Assembly (NCBI GenBank): GCA_025839675.1
Contig: CP104013.1
Coordinates: forward strand, 1,410,001 to 1,442,000
DNA: 32,000 bases
Reading direction: 5' to 3'
DNA from: Candidatus Lokiarchaeum ossiferum
Lineage (GTDB): Archaea; Asgardarchaeota; Lokiarchaeia; Sigyniarchaeales; Promethearchaeaceae
Under the pieces are notes generated by a model. The model worked only from the letters and a program-made list of their open reading frames with translations, was not told the DNA's origin and ran no database searches. Shown here one piece after another: positions 1 through 9,092 of the stretch (position 1 is the stretch's first letter; each line of letters begins with the position of its first letter). The translations under genes and the position numbers were made by a program.

Positions 1-172
1 TCCATAAATTATGTAAGTAAAGGTCATATTGATATATAAATATGTTACAATAGTACGATAGATTTTTGATGGAAGCATAATTTGTACTAAGTTCATACCT
101 TTCACCCCATAAGAAAATTACTAAAAAAAAACCAATTAACTAAAAAAGAGAAAATTTGAGGAATAAAAGAAA

Positions 173-1456
173 TTATTCATATCGAATTGAATCAATTGGA
201 GATAATCTAGCAGCTTTACGTGCTGGGATAAATCCAAAGAAAACTGAAATACAAAGTCCAAATAAAACAGTTTTAATAATCATTAGAAATGAAAAGATAG
301 GAGAAAATTGGATATCAAGGGGAGAACTATTATTTTCATTACCACTAAGCTGCATATATGCAGAATCCCTATGATTGATGAAATTCGTTGCACCAAATGC
401 GAATAAAATTCCAAGGGCTACACCCAAGATTGAACCTAAAAACCCAATTAATAAAGATTCAAATAGAAAAATACCAAAAATCTCTCGATCTTTAGTACCG
501 AGAGCTTTTAAAATCCCAATTTCATGAGTTCTCTCCAGAACGGAAATCGTCATAACATTCATAATTCCAATTCCAGCAACAAGTAATGAGATTCCCCCAA
601 TCGCAGCAAGAAACAAAGTAATTATTGTTGTTGCAGTATCTATAGTTCCACGCATTTCTTGTAAAGTTATAATGCCGACGTTTTCGCCAAATATTTCTTT
701 GATTTCCAATGAAACAGTAGAAATAGTTTCATTGGAATCATCAGTGAGCTTAACTAAAATCATAGAACATTCATCAGTTTTGAAAAGTTTTTCAGCAAAA
801 TGAATGTCCATATAAATTGCATCATCAGAGGGAGCACCAAAAGTATCATATGTTCCGATAAATTCTAAGACTCCACTAATTTGTTGTGAAGAACTATAAA
901 TTTTTGTTGAGGAAGATGTCCGTTCAGCCCATTGTAACGTCAAATTATCACCAATATTTCCGATCGAACTTTCATTCCCCCAAGGAAAAAAGAAATCATG
1001 ACCCAAAATAATAGAATCATTCAGCGTTTCAAGTCCAGACCCATTTCTGAATTTAAAAGTATTAGGATAAAGCTGAGAATATTTTTCAAAATCAATCCCA
1101 TATACAACCGTCAACACATCTGTGCCATTTAAAGACAAATAAACCTGTTTTTGAAGCACCGCCACAGCAGTTTCTACTAAAGTAAGATTTTCAACCAATG
1201 AAGAATCGTTGATGTATAGGGAGACTTCAAAATCGGTTCGAGACATAATCGAAGTTTGCTTTGCTATAGTTATGGTATCTGTGGAAAATCCTTTATCAAA
1301 TTCATCATTTATGGTTTGTTCCAAACCTTCACCTAAAGCGAGTAAGGAAATAATAGCCGCAATACCAACCACAACACCTATAGTAGTAAACATAGCTCTT
1401 TTTTTACGGCTAATTAATGTAATTCCAGAATATCCAAGGATATCACGAATTTTCAT
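173..1456 (-). CDS. ABC transporter permease, FtsX/MacB type
   Basis: 427-aa ORF. It has an N-terminal TM helix (AMFTTIGVVVGIAAIISLLALG), a large extracytoplasmic domain and a C-terminal FtsX-like TM bundle (IGILKALGTKDREIFGIFLFESLLIG). Its start overlaps the stop of the upstream ATPase gene by 4 nt (ATGA on the minus strand). Confidence 0.85.
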   Translation of the reverse strand: MKIRDILGYSGITLISRKKRAMFTTIGVVVGIAAIISLLALGEGLEQTINDEFDKGFSTDTITIAKQTSIMSRTDFEVSLYINDSSLVENLTLVETAVAVLQKQVYLSLNGTDVLTVVYGIDFEKYSQLYPNTFKFRNGSGLETLNDSIILGHDFFFPWGNESSIGNIGDNLTLQWAERTSSSTKIYSSSQQISGVLEFIGTYDTFGAPSDDAIYMDIHFAEKLFKTDECSMILVKLTDDSNETISTVSLEIKEIFGENVGIITLQEMRGTIDTATTIITLFLAAIGGISLLVAGIGIMNVMTISVLERTHEIGILKALGTKDREIFGIFLFESLLIGFLGSILGVALGILFAFGATNFINHRDSAYMQLSGNENNSSPLDIQFSPIFSFLMIIKTVLFGLCISVFFGFIPARKAARLSPIDSIRYE

Positions 1457-2142
1457 GTCATCTTCTCTCCATTTTGAGTATCATCTATTATTTGCCCATC
1501 TACAAGATGTAAAATTCGTTCACATTTTTGAGCAATTTCTTGATCATGAGTAACCATTATGGTTGTAATACCTTTTGCGTCATGAATTTTGCGAATTAAA
1601 CTCATTAGTTCATCCCGAGTTGTAGTATCGACATTTCCTGTTGGTTCGTCTAACAATAAAAAAAAAGGTTCTTGACCAAGGGCTCGTGCAATAGCAACGC
1701 GTTGTTGTTCGCCTCCACTTAATTCATTATTTTTATGCTTCACCCGATCTGAAAGCCCTACAAAAGATAATAATTCTAAAGCCTTTTGTTTACGTATCCG
1801 ATGAGAAAAATCACCTTGAACTGTCATAGCAAGTTCAACATTTTGGAGTGCTGTGAAACGAGGAACTAAATTTAAATTTTGAAATACAAATCCTATCCTT
1901 TGTCGTAATTTCGCTAATTCATTCCTCCTCATAATTGAAACCGGAATATTATTTATGAAAATTTCGCCTTCAGTTGGGAGGTCTAGGGCACCAATAAGAT
2001 GAAGAAGAGTTGATTTTCCACTCCCAGAGGGCCCTAAAATTGCGATGAATTCGCCTTCCATGACATTGATCGAAATATTGACCAAGGCATTTACAGACAC
2101 AGAATTAAGATCATAAGTTTTAGAGACATCTTGTAACCGCAA
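1453..2142 (-). CDS. ABC transporter ATP-binding protein (MacB/LolD-like)
   Basis: 229-aa ORF with Walker A GPSGSGKST, ABC signature LSGGEQQRVAIARAL and Walker B LLLDEPTGNVD. The apparent start is TTG at 2142, because an in-frame stop lies just upstream. It appears translationally coupled to the permease. Confidence 0.92.
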   Translation of the reverse strand: MRLQDVSKTYDLNSVSVNALVNISINVMEGEFIAILGPSGSGKSTLLHLIGALDLPTEGEIFINNIPVSIMRRNELAKLRQRIGFVFQNLNLVPRFTALQNVELAMTVQGDFSHRIRKQKALELLSFVGLSDRVKHKNNELSGGEQQRVAIARALGQEPFFLLLDEPTGNVDTTTRDELMSLIRKIHDAKGITTIMVTHDQEIAQKCERILHLVDGQIIDDTQNGEKMT

Positions 2143-2209
2143 TATACTTTTATTTTCCAGTTTTTAAAACCTTCGATTGTGTTTGATTATAAAGAAAAAA
2201 GACAAATAA

Positions 2210-3415
2210 TTAGATAATTTTTTCCATAGGGTGTTCCCATTTATTCAATTCGTTATCAAAGCCTAGATCTCCGACATCTTTATTCATGGATTTAATAACG
2301 GCATATTTTTGATATACCACTCCACTTGCCCAAATTATTGCGAACCACGCCAAAGTTGTTCCGATATAAGGAATGAACATCCTTCCTCTTAATGGACGGG
2401 CATAAATAAATTCAAAAAGGGCGGGTAAGATCCATTTATATCCATAATGCCATTTTTTGCATGCAAGGGCAAGCAAAATTATATACCCAAAATCCAGTAA
2501 AATTGAGAATAGAAATCCTACACCATGATAAAACCAAGTATCTACGATGTCTAGGGTTGTACATACAACACCTAAGAAAAATAAATAAAGAAACTCAGAT
2601 GACCATTTTGGTTCTATCCATCCAGGTGCTTTTTGATTTGATTTTTGCTCTTTATTTTTTTTTACCCAAATAATTAACCCCACAAAAAGACCAATTAGGA
2701 CATTAAAAATAACTAAAACATATCTATTCCGCGAAATCTCATAGGAAGTGTCGGTTAATAATATTTGGCACCAGTGTCCATCAATTATCACATCAGCTTG
2801 CTCCAAAGCACCACTTGTGGTGTCAAAGATGAAGGATCCATGCTTTTGATGGGTTGAACTATCATAGAGAGTTGCTTCAAAACTTGCTTGAGCTCCTGAA
2901 AGATTTCGATGCTGAGCTAAAACAGGATAAAAAACGAACTTATCTATCACTTCATATTGATACAGAGTGGAAGAATTCCCAAAGAATCCGGTGGGATCCA
3001 TAACTTCATAGAGATCGCCTTCACTTACACCCGCAAATACTACGACATTCGGAACATACACCCACCAAGGCGAATATATATTTTCCATTTTGGTATTATT
3101 TTGATAAACCCACCCTTCTGGGCTCATCCAAAAAGTGCCAATAACATTTGAATCCAATGTAATTGTGACTTGTGTGTGGGTGGTATTGATTTTACTCCCA
3201 TCCAAACGTAGGTGTAAAATATCTTGACTTGTGTAATTGAAAATCTCAAATTCCACGTACTGATCCCCATCAAAGAAATAAGCTTCTCGAAAATTAATTT
3301 TATTCTCCAATCGTTGGGATATCGGACTTAAAATTAAAGCAAATAGATAACATGAATAAACTAATACTACCAAAAATGTTCGTTTTTTCCAAGATAAACC
3401 CATTAAATATAACAT
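2210..3415 (-). CDS. Membrane protein of unknown function (N-terminal anchor, ~220-aa extracytoplasmic domain, C-terminal multi-TM domain)
   Basis: 401-aa ORF, co-directional with and 67 nt upstream of the ABC genes. Hydrophobic segments lie at the N-terminus and from about residue 230 onward. I recognise no family motif. Confidence 0.6.
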   Translation of the reverse strand: MLYLMGLSWKKRTFLVVLVYSCYLFALILSPISQRLENKINFREAYFFDGDQYVEFEIFNYTSQDILHLRLDGSKINTTHTQVTITLDSNVIGTFWMSPEGWVYQNNTKMENIYSPWWVYVPNVVVFAGVSEGDLYEVMDPTGFFGNSSTLYQYEVIDKFVFYPVLAQHRNLSGAQASFEATLYDSSTHQKHGSFIFDTTSGALEQADVIIDGHWCQILLTDTSYEISRNRYVLVIFNVLIGLFVGLIIWVKKNKEQKSNQKAPGWIEPKWSSEFLYLFFLGVVCTTLDIVDTWFYHGVGFLFSILLDFGYIILLALACKKWHYGYKWILPALFEFIYARPLRGRMFIPYIGTTLAWFAIIWASGVVYQKYAVIKSMNKDVGDLGFDNELNKWEHPMEKII

Positions 3416-3613
3416 TCAGTATAATGCTTAAAAGTTTTAGAATAGAAGTTCTAATACATTTTATAAAATAGTATAGACCCCATTCTCAGATTGTTTTAAA
3501 AATGAAAATACAATATTTGAAAAAATGAATTGAAAATTCGAAAAAAGTGAGCTTCTATTTTTAGACATTATACTTTTCAAGAGATTAAAAAACGATTATT
3601 CATTTTTTGTGAC

Positions 3614-5140
3614 ATGGAAGATTTTTGTTATGGAATAGATCATCTTACACCTGAAATAGCTCTTCAAATAGCTCGTAATGAAATAAGAGGTATATTAGCA
3701 GATAAAGCGAAAGAAAAAGTGCTTCACTGCTATAATGCAGTTCAAAAAATAGCACAAGGTGAACGACCAGTGTATTCTATCAATACAGGTTTTGGTAGTT
3801 TGTGTACCACCAAAATATCCAAAGAAGATGCAGGAACCCTTCAAGAAAATTTATTGAAATCTCATAGTGTTGGAATGGGAGATCCTATTGACGCAGAAAT
3901 TGCCAAACTTATGCTCATCCTTAAAGTACATGCGTTATGTCAAGGTTTCAGTGGTACTTCTTTAAAACTTATTGAACGTATTATTTGGCATATTGACAAT
4001 AATTATATCCCCAAAGTTCCAGAACAAGGTTCTGTCGGTGCCTCCGGAGATTTATGTCCTTTATCACATTTATTTATCCCTTTAATTGGTTTGGGAGAAG
4101 TTACCAATGATAATGGAAAAACATATATTCCAACGCAAACAGTTTTAACACAATATAACCTTACCCATTTTGCCTTAGGAGCCAAAGAAGGCTTAGCTTT
4201 AATCAACGGAACTCAATTTATGGCAGCTCATGGAATTAAAATTATCGAACGTTTACAAAACTGCCAAGATCATGCAGAAATAATTGCTGCTTTGAGTTTG
4301 GAAGGATATATGGGATCAAAATCACCCTTCGATAAGCGGCTCCATCAAGTTCGACCTCATCCAGGGGCACGGATTTCGGCAAAACGAATGTGGGCATTAT
4401 TAGAAAATTCTGAAATTCAAGTGGCCCATAAAGATTGTACTCGTGTGCAAGATCCATACAGTTTTCGGTGTATTCCCCAGATACATGGCGCAAGTCGTGA
4501 TGCTTTAGTCCATCTTAAAGAAATTATCACCCGTGAAATTAATTCAGTAACGGATAACCCTAATGTTTTTACGGAGGGAGATGAATCTATTGCAATTTCT
4601 GGAGGAGGTTTTCATGGAGAACCGATTGCACTTCCGATGGATTATGCCGGTTTAGCTGCGTCAGAATTAGGAAATATTGCAGATCGTCGAATTTATCTTC
4701 TTATGGGAGAAAAAGGTGAATATGGACTTCCTTTATATCTCATAAAGGGTTCCGGATTGAATTCTGGATTTATGATTACCCAGTACTGCTCAGCAGCATT
4801 AGTTAGTGAGAATAAATCTCTGTGTTATCCCGCGAGTGCAGATAGCATCCCCACAAGCAACGGAGTAGAGGATTTAGTCTCGATGGGATCGATTAGTGCC
4901 CGAAAAACTTTGAGGATCATCGATAATTTAGAAAAAATTCAAGGTGTGGAATTATTCTGCGCATGTCAAGCAATTGATTTTCGTAGACCCCTTAAATCCA
5001 GTCCAACTTTAGAAAAATGTTATCAATATGTCCGATCCAAGATACCTCATATTGCTGATGACGAAGTATTATCTGGATATATGAATTCTGCCACCAAAAT
5101 TATCCGTAGCAAGAAATTACTTACTTTTTTTAATATCTAA
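3614..5140 (+). CDS. hutH: Histidine ammonia-lyase
   Basis: 508-aa ORF. It carries the MIO-forming Ala-Ser-Gly motif in SVGASGDLCPLSHL, plus NTGFG and other conserved HAL/PAL family blocks along its whole length. Confidence 0.93.
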   Translation: MEDFCYGIDHLTPEIALQIARNEIRGILADKAKEKVLHCYNAVQKIAQGERPVYSINTGFGSLCTTKISKEDAGTLQENLLKSHSVGMGDPIDAEIAKLMLILKVHALCQGFSGTSLKLIERIIWHIDNNYIPKVPEQGSVGASGDLCPLSHLFIPLIGLGEVTNDNGKTYIPTQTVLTQYNLTHFALGAKEGLALINGTQFMAAHGIKIIERLQNCQDHAEIIAALSLEGYMGSKSPFDKRLHQVRPHPGARISAKRMWALLENSEIQVAHKDCTRVQDPYSFRCIPQIHGASRDALVHLKEIITREINSVTDNPNVFTEGDESIAISGGGFHGEPIALPMDYAGLAASELGNIADRRIYLLMGEKGEYGLPLYLIKGSGLNSGFMITQYCSAALVSENKSLCYPASADSIPTSNGVEDLVSMGSISARKTLRIIDNLEKIQGVELFCACQAIDFRRPLKSSPTLEKCYQYVRSKIPHIADDEVLSGYMNSATKIIRSKKLLTFFNI

Positions 5141-5160
5141 AAAACCTTAGGTAAAATGAA

Positions 5161-6420
5161 ATGACTCAAAAAACTTTGATTGGTCCATTTAAGCAAATAT
5201 TGACCATGCAAAATCTCCCTGTAAAGGGATCGATTAAAGATGAAGCTTTAGAAATCATTGAAAATGGAGCAATCTTAATAGAAGATGAAAAAATCCATAG
5301 TCTTTTGACTGAGGAACAATTCCAAACAGAACGAAAGAATTACAAAAAAAAACGTGGAGATAACATATTCTTTGAAATCACAAAGGATTCAATCTTAATT
5401 CCCGGGTTCATTGATTCACATACACATATGTGCTACGCTGGATCGCGAGCTGATGATTACGCTCGAAGAATAGCAGGTGAATCGTATCTTGAAATTGCAA
5501 AAAAAGGAGGAGGTATTTTAAGCACCGTTAAATGCACACGGGAAGCGACTAATAAGGAACTAATGCAATTATTGTTTGAACGCGGTTTGCATCATTTAAA
5601 ACGGGGAATTACAACATGTGAAGTCAAAAGTGGATATGGTCTTGATCTAGAAAATGAATTAAAGATGTTAAGAGTAATCAAACAAGCAAAGGAATCCAGA
5701 TATCTTATCCCCGATTTAGTATCTACGTGTTTAGCAGCTCATGTGAAACCGAAGGAATTTGAATCCCATGAAGACTATTTAGATTTTATTGTAAAAGAAA
5801 TCTTACCCAAAATTATAGAAGAGGGGCTTAGTAAACGTGTTGATATTTTCATTGAAGAAGGAGCTTTTGATTCCGAAATGTCATTAAAATTCTTAGAGCA
5901 AGCCAAAGCCTTAGGATTTGAAATTACTGTCCATGCAGATCAATTTTCAACAGGAGGCGCAAAAGTAGCTGCAAAAGTAGGGGCAATAAGTGCAGACCAT
6001 TTGGAAGCCAGTCAAGAAGAGGATATCATCGCAATGAAAGAAGGAAATGTAATTGCCACAGTCTTACCCGGAGCTTCAATGGGATTAGGTGTTGGATATG
6101 CTCCCGCCAGAAAAATTTTGGATAATGGTCTTTGTTTAGTAATTGCTTCCGATTGGAATCCCGGCTCAGCACCTATGGGAGATTTATTGATTCAAGCAGC
6201 AGTCCTAGGTGCCAATCAAAAATTGTCAATTGCAGAAACACTTTCAGCGATTACGAATCGTGCTGCTCTAGCATTGAATTTGAATGATCGTGGAGAACTT
6301 TCAGAAGGAAAACTCGCAGATATGCTAGCATTTCCATGTTCAAAATATCAAGAAATATTCTACAATCAAGGAATTTTACGCCCGAGTTTAATTTGGAAAC
6401 AAGGAACCCGGATAATTTAA
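5161..6420 (+). CDS. hutI: Imidazolonepropionase
   Basis: 419-aa ORF with the amidohydrolase metal motif GFIDSHTHMCYAGSR, plus VHADQ and ASDWNPGS blocks typical of HutI. It starts 20 nt after the hutH stop. Confidence 0.92.
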   Translation: MTQKTLIGPFKQILTMQNLPVKGSIKDEALEIIENGAILIEDEKIHSLLTEEQFQTERKNYKKKRGDNIFFEITKDSILIPGFIDSHTHMCYAGSRADDYARRIAGESYLEIAKKGGGILSTVKCTREATNKELMQLLFERGLHHLKRGITTCEVKSGYGLDLENELKMLRVIKQAKESRYLIPDLVSTCLAAHVKPKEFESHEDYLDFIVKEILPKIIEEGLSKRVDIFIEEGAFDSEMSLKFLEQAKALGFEITVHADQFSTGGAKVAAKVGAISADHLEASQEEDIIAMKEGNVIATVLPGASMGLGVGYAPARKILDNGLCLVIASDWNPGSAPMGDLLIQAAVLGANQKLSIAETLSAITNRAALALNLNDRGELSEGKLADMLAFPCSKYQEIFYNQGILRPSLIWKQGTRII

Positions 6421-6438
6421 AAAAAAGAGGGAATAATA

Positions 6439-8109
6439 ATGAAACAAGATATTGAGATAGCGCGAGCAGCAGAATCTAGACCCATCACCGAAATTGCTGC
6501 GAAGATGGGAATCCCCGAAGAAGCTTTAGAACCTTATGGGAAGGACAAGGCTAAAATTAGCTTAGATTTCTGTTTTAAATGCCAGAAGAAGCACAAACCA
6601 GGCAAACTCATTCTAGTCACCGCCACTAGCCCGACACCTGCTGGAGAAGGTAAAACCACAACCGCTATTGGATTAACCGAAGCATTAAATCGATTGAACA
6701 AGCAAGCTGCGGTATGCATTCGTGAACCTTCATTAGGTCCTGTTTTTGGAATCAAAGGAGGGGCAGCGGGAGGAGGATATTCACAAGTAATCCCTATGGA
6801 AGATATAAATCTCCATTTCACTGGAGATCTCCATGCAATATCATCTGCTCACAATATGTTAGCCGCAATTTTGAACAATGCTATTTATCGCCATAAAATT
6901 GATTTAGATCCAAAACGAATTTTGTGGAATCGTGTATTGGATGTAAATGATCGAGCTCTAAGGAATATCATTGTAGGATTAGGAGGACATACTGATGGAG
7001 TGTCGCATCAAAGTAGCTTTGATATAACTGCAGCATCTGAAATCATGGCAATTTTATGCCTTTCTAACAATATATCAGAGTTAAAAGAGAAAATTGGAAA
7101 TATTCTCTTAGGTTTTGATTATGCCGGTAACCCCGTCTATGTGCATGATTTAGGAGTAGAAGGATCAATCACCGTGCTACTTAAAGATGCAATTAAACCA
7201 AACTTAGTTCAAACCATGGAAAATAATCCTGCCTTTGTGCATGGAGGACCTTTTGCAAATATTGCCCAAGGATATAATACGATTATTGCCACCCAGATGG
7301 CTTTACATTCTAATGATTTCGTTGTGACCGAAGCAGGATTTGGATCCGATTTGGGGGCAGAAAAATTCTTTGATCTCGTATGCCCTTATGGAGGATTCAC
7401 ACCAGATTTAACGGTGATGGTTACTACCATCCGTGCGTTGAAAATGCATGGCGGACAATCACTAGATCGAATCACTTTGAAGAATACCGAAACTTTGGAA
7501 AAAGGATTGGTCAACTTAGGACGCCATTTAGAGAATACACGCAAATTTGGAGTCGACTGCGTTGTCGCTTTAAATAAAATCTCTTCGGATACAGACGATG
7601 AATTGCGGTTAGTTATCGATTATTGTAAAGAATTAGGTTTTGATGTGGCTCTATCCGAAGTATGGGAAAAGGGAGGAGAAGGTGGCGAAGAATTGGGGAA
7701 ATTAGTATTAAGCCATATAGAACAAAAAAATACAAGCTACCATAAATTATATGACTGGAATCAGTCGGTAGAAGAAAAAGTCAGGATTATTGCCAAGGAG
7801 ATATATCGGGCAGATGATGTTGAATTTCTGGAAGAGGCGATAGAAGATATCAAGTTTATTAATAAACTAAATTTAAGTAAACTCCCCATTTGCATTGCAA
7901 AAACACAAAAATCTTTCTCTGATAACCCTACACTAATGGGTGCACCAACCGGATTTACATTGAAGGTAAGCCGAGTATTAATTGCATCAGGAGCCGGATT
8001 TTTGATTCCAATTACAGGAAAAATGTTACGAATGCCCGGATTACCATTAAATCCTGCAGCCGAATCCATTGACATTGATTACGATGGTGATGTAGTCGGA
8101 CTATTCTGA
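6439..8109 (+). CDS. fhs: Formate--tetrahydrofolate ligase
   Basis: 556-aa ORF with the FTHFS nucleotide-binding signature TSPTPAGEGKTTTAIGL and family-typical blocks (VHGGPFANIAQG, VTEAGFGSDLGAEKF). It starts 18 nt after the hutI stop. Confidence 0.95.
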   Translation: MKQDIEIARAAESRPITEIAAKMGIPEEALEPYGKDKAKISLDFCFKCQKKHKPGKLILVTATSPTPAGEGKTTTAIGLTEALNRLNKQAAVCIREPSLGPVFGIKGGAAGGGYSQVIPMEDINLHFTGDLHAISSAHNMLAAILNNAIYRHKIDLDPKRILWNRVLDVNDRALRNIIVGLGGHTDGVSHQSSFDITAASEIMAILCLSNNISELKEKIGNILLGFDYAGNPVYVHDLGVEGSITVLLKDAIKPNLVQTMENNPAFVHGGPFANIAQGYNTIIATQMALHSNDFVVTEAGFGSDLGAEKFFDLVCPYGGFTPDLTVMVTTIRALKMHGGQSLDRITLKNTETLEKGLVNLGRHLENTRKFGVDCVVALNKISSDTDDELRLVIDYCKELGFDVALSEVWEKGGEGGEELGKLVLSHIEQKNTSYHKLYDWNQSVEEKVRIIAKEIYRADDVEFLEEAIEDIKFINKLNLSKLPICIAKTQKSFSDNPTLMGAPTGFTLKVSRVLIASGAGFLIPITGKMLRMPGLPLNPAAESIDIDYDGDVVGLF

Positions 8110-8117
8110 TAAAATAA

Positions 8118-8149
8118 TTTTATTTTTTTCATGATTTTTCATTTTTTTT
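8118..8149 (+). terminator. Oligo-T termination tract after fhs
   Basis: T7 (8123-8129), T5 (8135-8139) and T8 (8142-8149) lie within 40 nt of the fhs stop. Archaeal RNA polymerase terminates at oligo-T runs. Confidence 0.4.
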
Positions 8150-8232
8150 CTTGATTATTCTGGTATTTCAACATTGAGAAGAGAATATCTCGACATTTTT
8201 ATAGAAAAACAAATAAAAATACTTGATCTATT

Positions 8233-9033
8233 ATGCAACGACATCGATATTCCTTTTTTGGACAAAAAGTTGGACTATTATTGGATTCATCGGAATGGAC
8301 CGATGCCAGTTTATATCTCCGCTTTTTAAAAAAACGACCTGAAGGGTATTGGGAAAAACCCTCAAAAAAGGAAGGCAAAAATATCAAGCTTAATCTTCTT
8401 GAAATGATAGCAATACTTGAATTATTATCTGACAACCAAACAACATCAAAAAAATGGAGTACAGTGCATCGATTTGGGCAAGAACAAACCCCTATTACCT
8501 TTGAAAAACGCAATGACGCCTTAACAATTTCAGTACCAGGATATCAAAAATACATGAAATTTCCAGAAACGAAACTGCTCACTGATCTCCTTCAACATAT
8601 TTATAACGAAAAAATTATTTACGCCACCAAAAGTGAAATGGTGAAATCTACTAGTAATCCCCATATGGAAGAGATCAAAGCACCATCACGAGAATCTATC
8701 CCCATTCAAGAGAATAAGATATATTCAAACACTGCATCCACTAACTTCTTTGATCAAAAAATGAAATCATCTAAACTTGAATTTAATTCATCAACATCTC
8801 AAGATCCAAACGCTTGGATTTCGACTTTGGAACAGAAAAATGATTGTTATTTAGTGCCCGGAGAAATTCAAACCCGAAGTGAAAAAGCGATCGCCTTTCA
8901 GATAGCAGGACATAAATCGACTTGGGTACCCCTTTCCTGCATTAGTCAAGTCATAGATCAAGATAATTTAAAGGGATTGTGGATAAAACAATGGTTCATA
9001 AATAAAAAAGTGGAAGAGATTTTTGCGAATTAA
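8233..9033 (+). CDS. Hypothetical protein; the N-terminal ~130 aa may be a tandem beta-beta-beta-beta-alpha (Whirly/PUR-like) nucleic-acid-binding fold
   Basis: 266-aa ORF, preferred over the overlapping 104-aa minus-strand ORF. The fold suggestion comes only from by-eye pattern similarity (see findings). Confidence 0.6.
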   Translation: MQRHRYSFFGQKVGLLLDSSEWTDASLYLRFLKKRPEGYWEKPSKKEGKNIKLNLLEMIAILELLSDNQTTSKKWSTVHRFGQEQTPITFEKRNDALTISVPGYQKYMKFPETKLLTDLLQHIYNEKIIYATKSEMVKSTSNPHMEEIKAPSRESIPIQENKIYSNTASTNFFDQKMKSSKLEFNSSTSQDPNAWISTLEQKNDCYLVPGEIQTRSEKAIAFQIAGHKSTWVPLSCISQVIDQDNLKGLWIKQWFINKKVEEIFAN

Positions 9034-9060
9034 ATTAATGATAGAAATCGAGAGGAAAGG

Positions 9061-9074
9061 AAAAAAGAAAAAAA
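9061..9074 (-). terminator. Oligo-T tract (minus strand) after the protease gene
   Basis: The plus strand reads aaaaaagaaaaaaa, which is TTTTTTTCTTTTTT on the minus strand. It starts 19 nt downstream of the stop at 9093. Confidence 0.35.
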
Positions 9075-9092
9075 TGATTGATTTCGCTAATT

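Noticed and set aside
156-374. 72-aa plus-strand ORF antisense to the 3' end of the permease gene. The same applies to other antisense or shadow ORFs in the track: 1209-1553, 2461-2673, 2957-3151, 4003-4206, 4242-4493, 6534-6821, 7380-7577, 7761-8075, 9235-9423, 10743-10940, 11044-11316, 11779-12051, 17421-17768, 18953-19249, 19166-19351, 20823-21053, 21732-22004, 23020-23211, 25038-25379, 25444-25875, 25887-26105, 25921-26154, 28077-28373, 28428-28646, 29314-29505, 29360-29578, 29520-29786, 29651-29935 and 30008-30589.
   Set aside because: Each lies inside or mostly within a longer ORF that carries clear family motifs, on the opposite strand or in another frame. Their compositions are typical of out-of-frame AT-rich translation, and none has recognisable motifs.
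8199-8513. 104-aa minus-strand ORF overlapping the start of the 8233-9033 gene
   Set aside because: It is shorter, Cys/Arg/Phe-rich with an odd composition, and overlaps the 5' part of the longer, better-behaved plus-strand ORF. It is most likely a shadow ORF.
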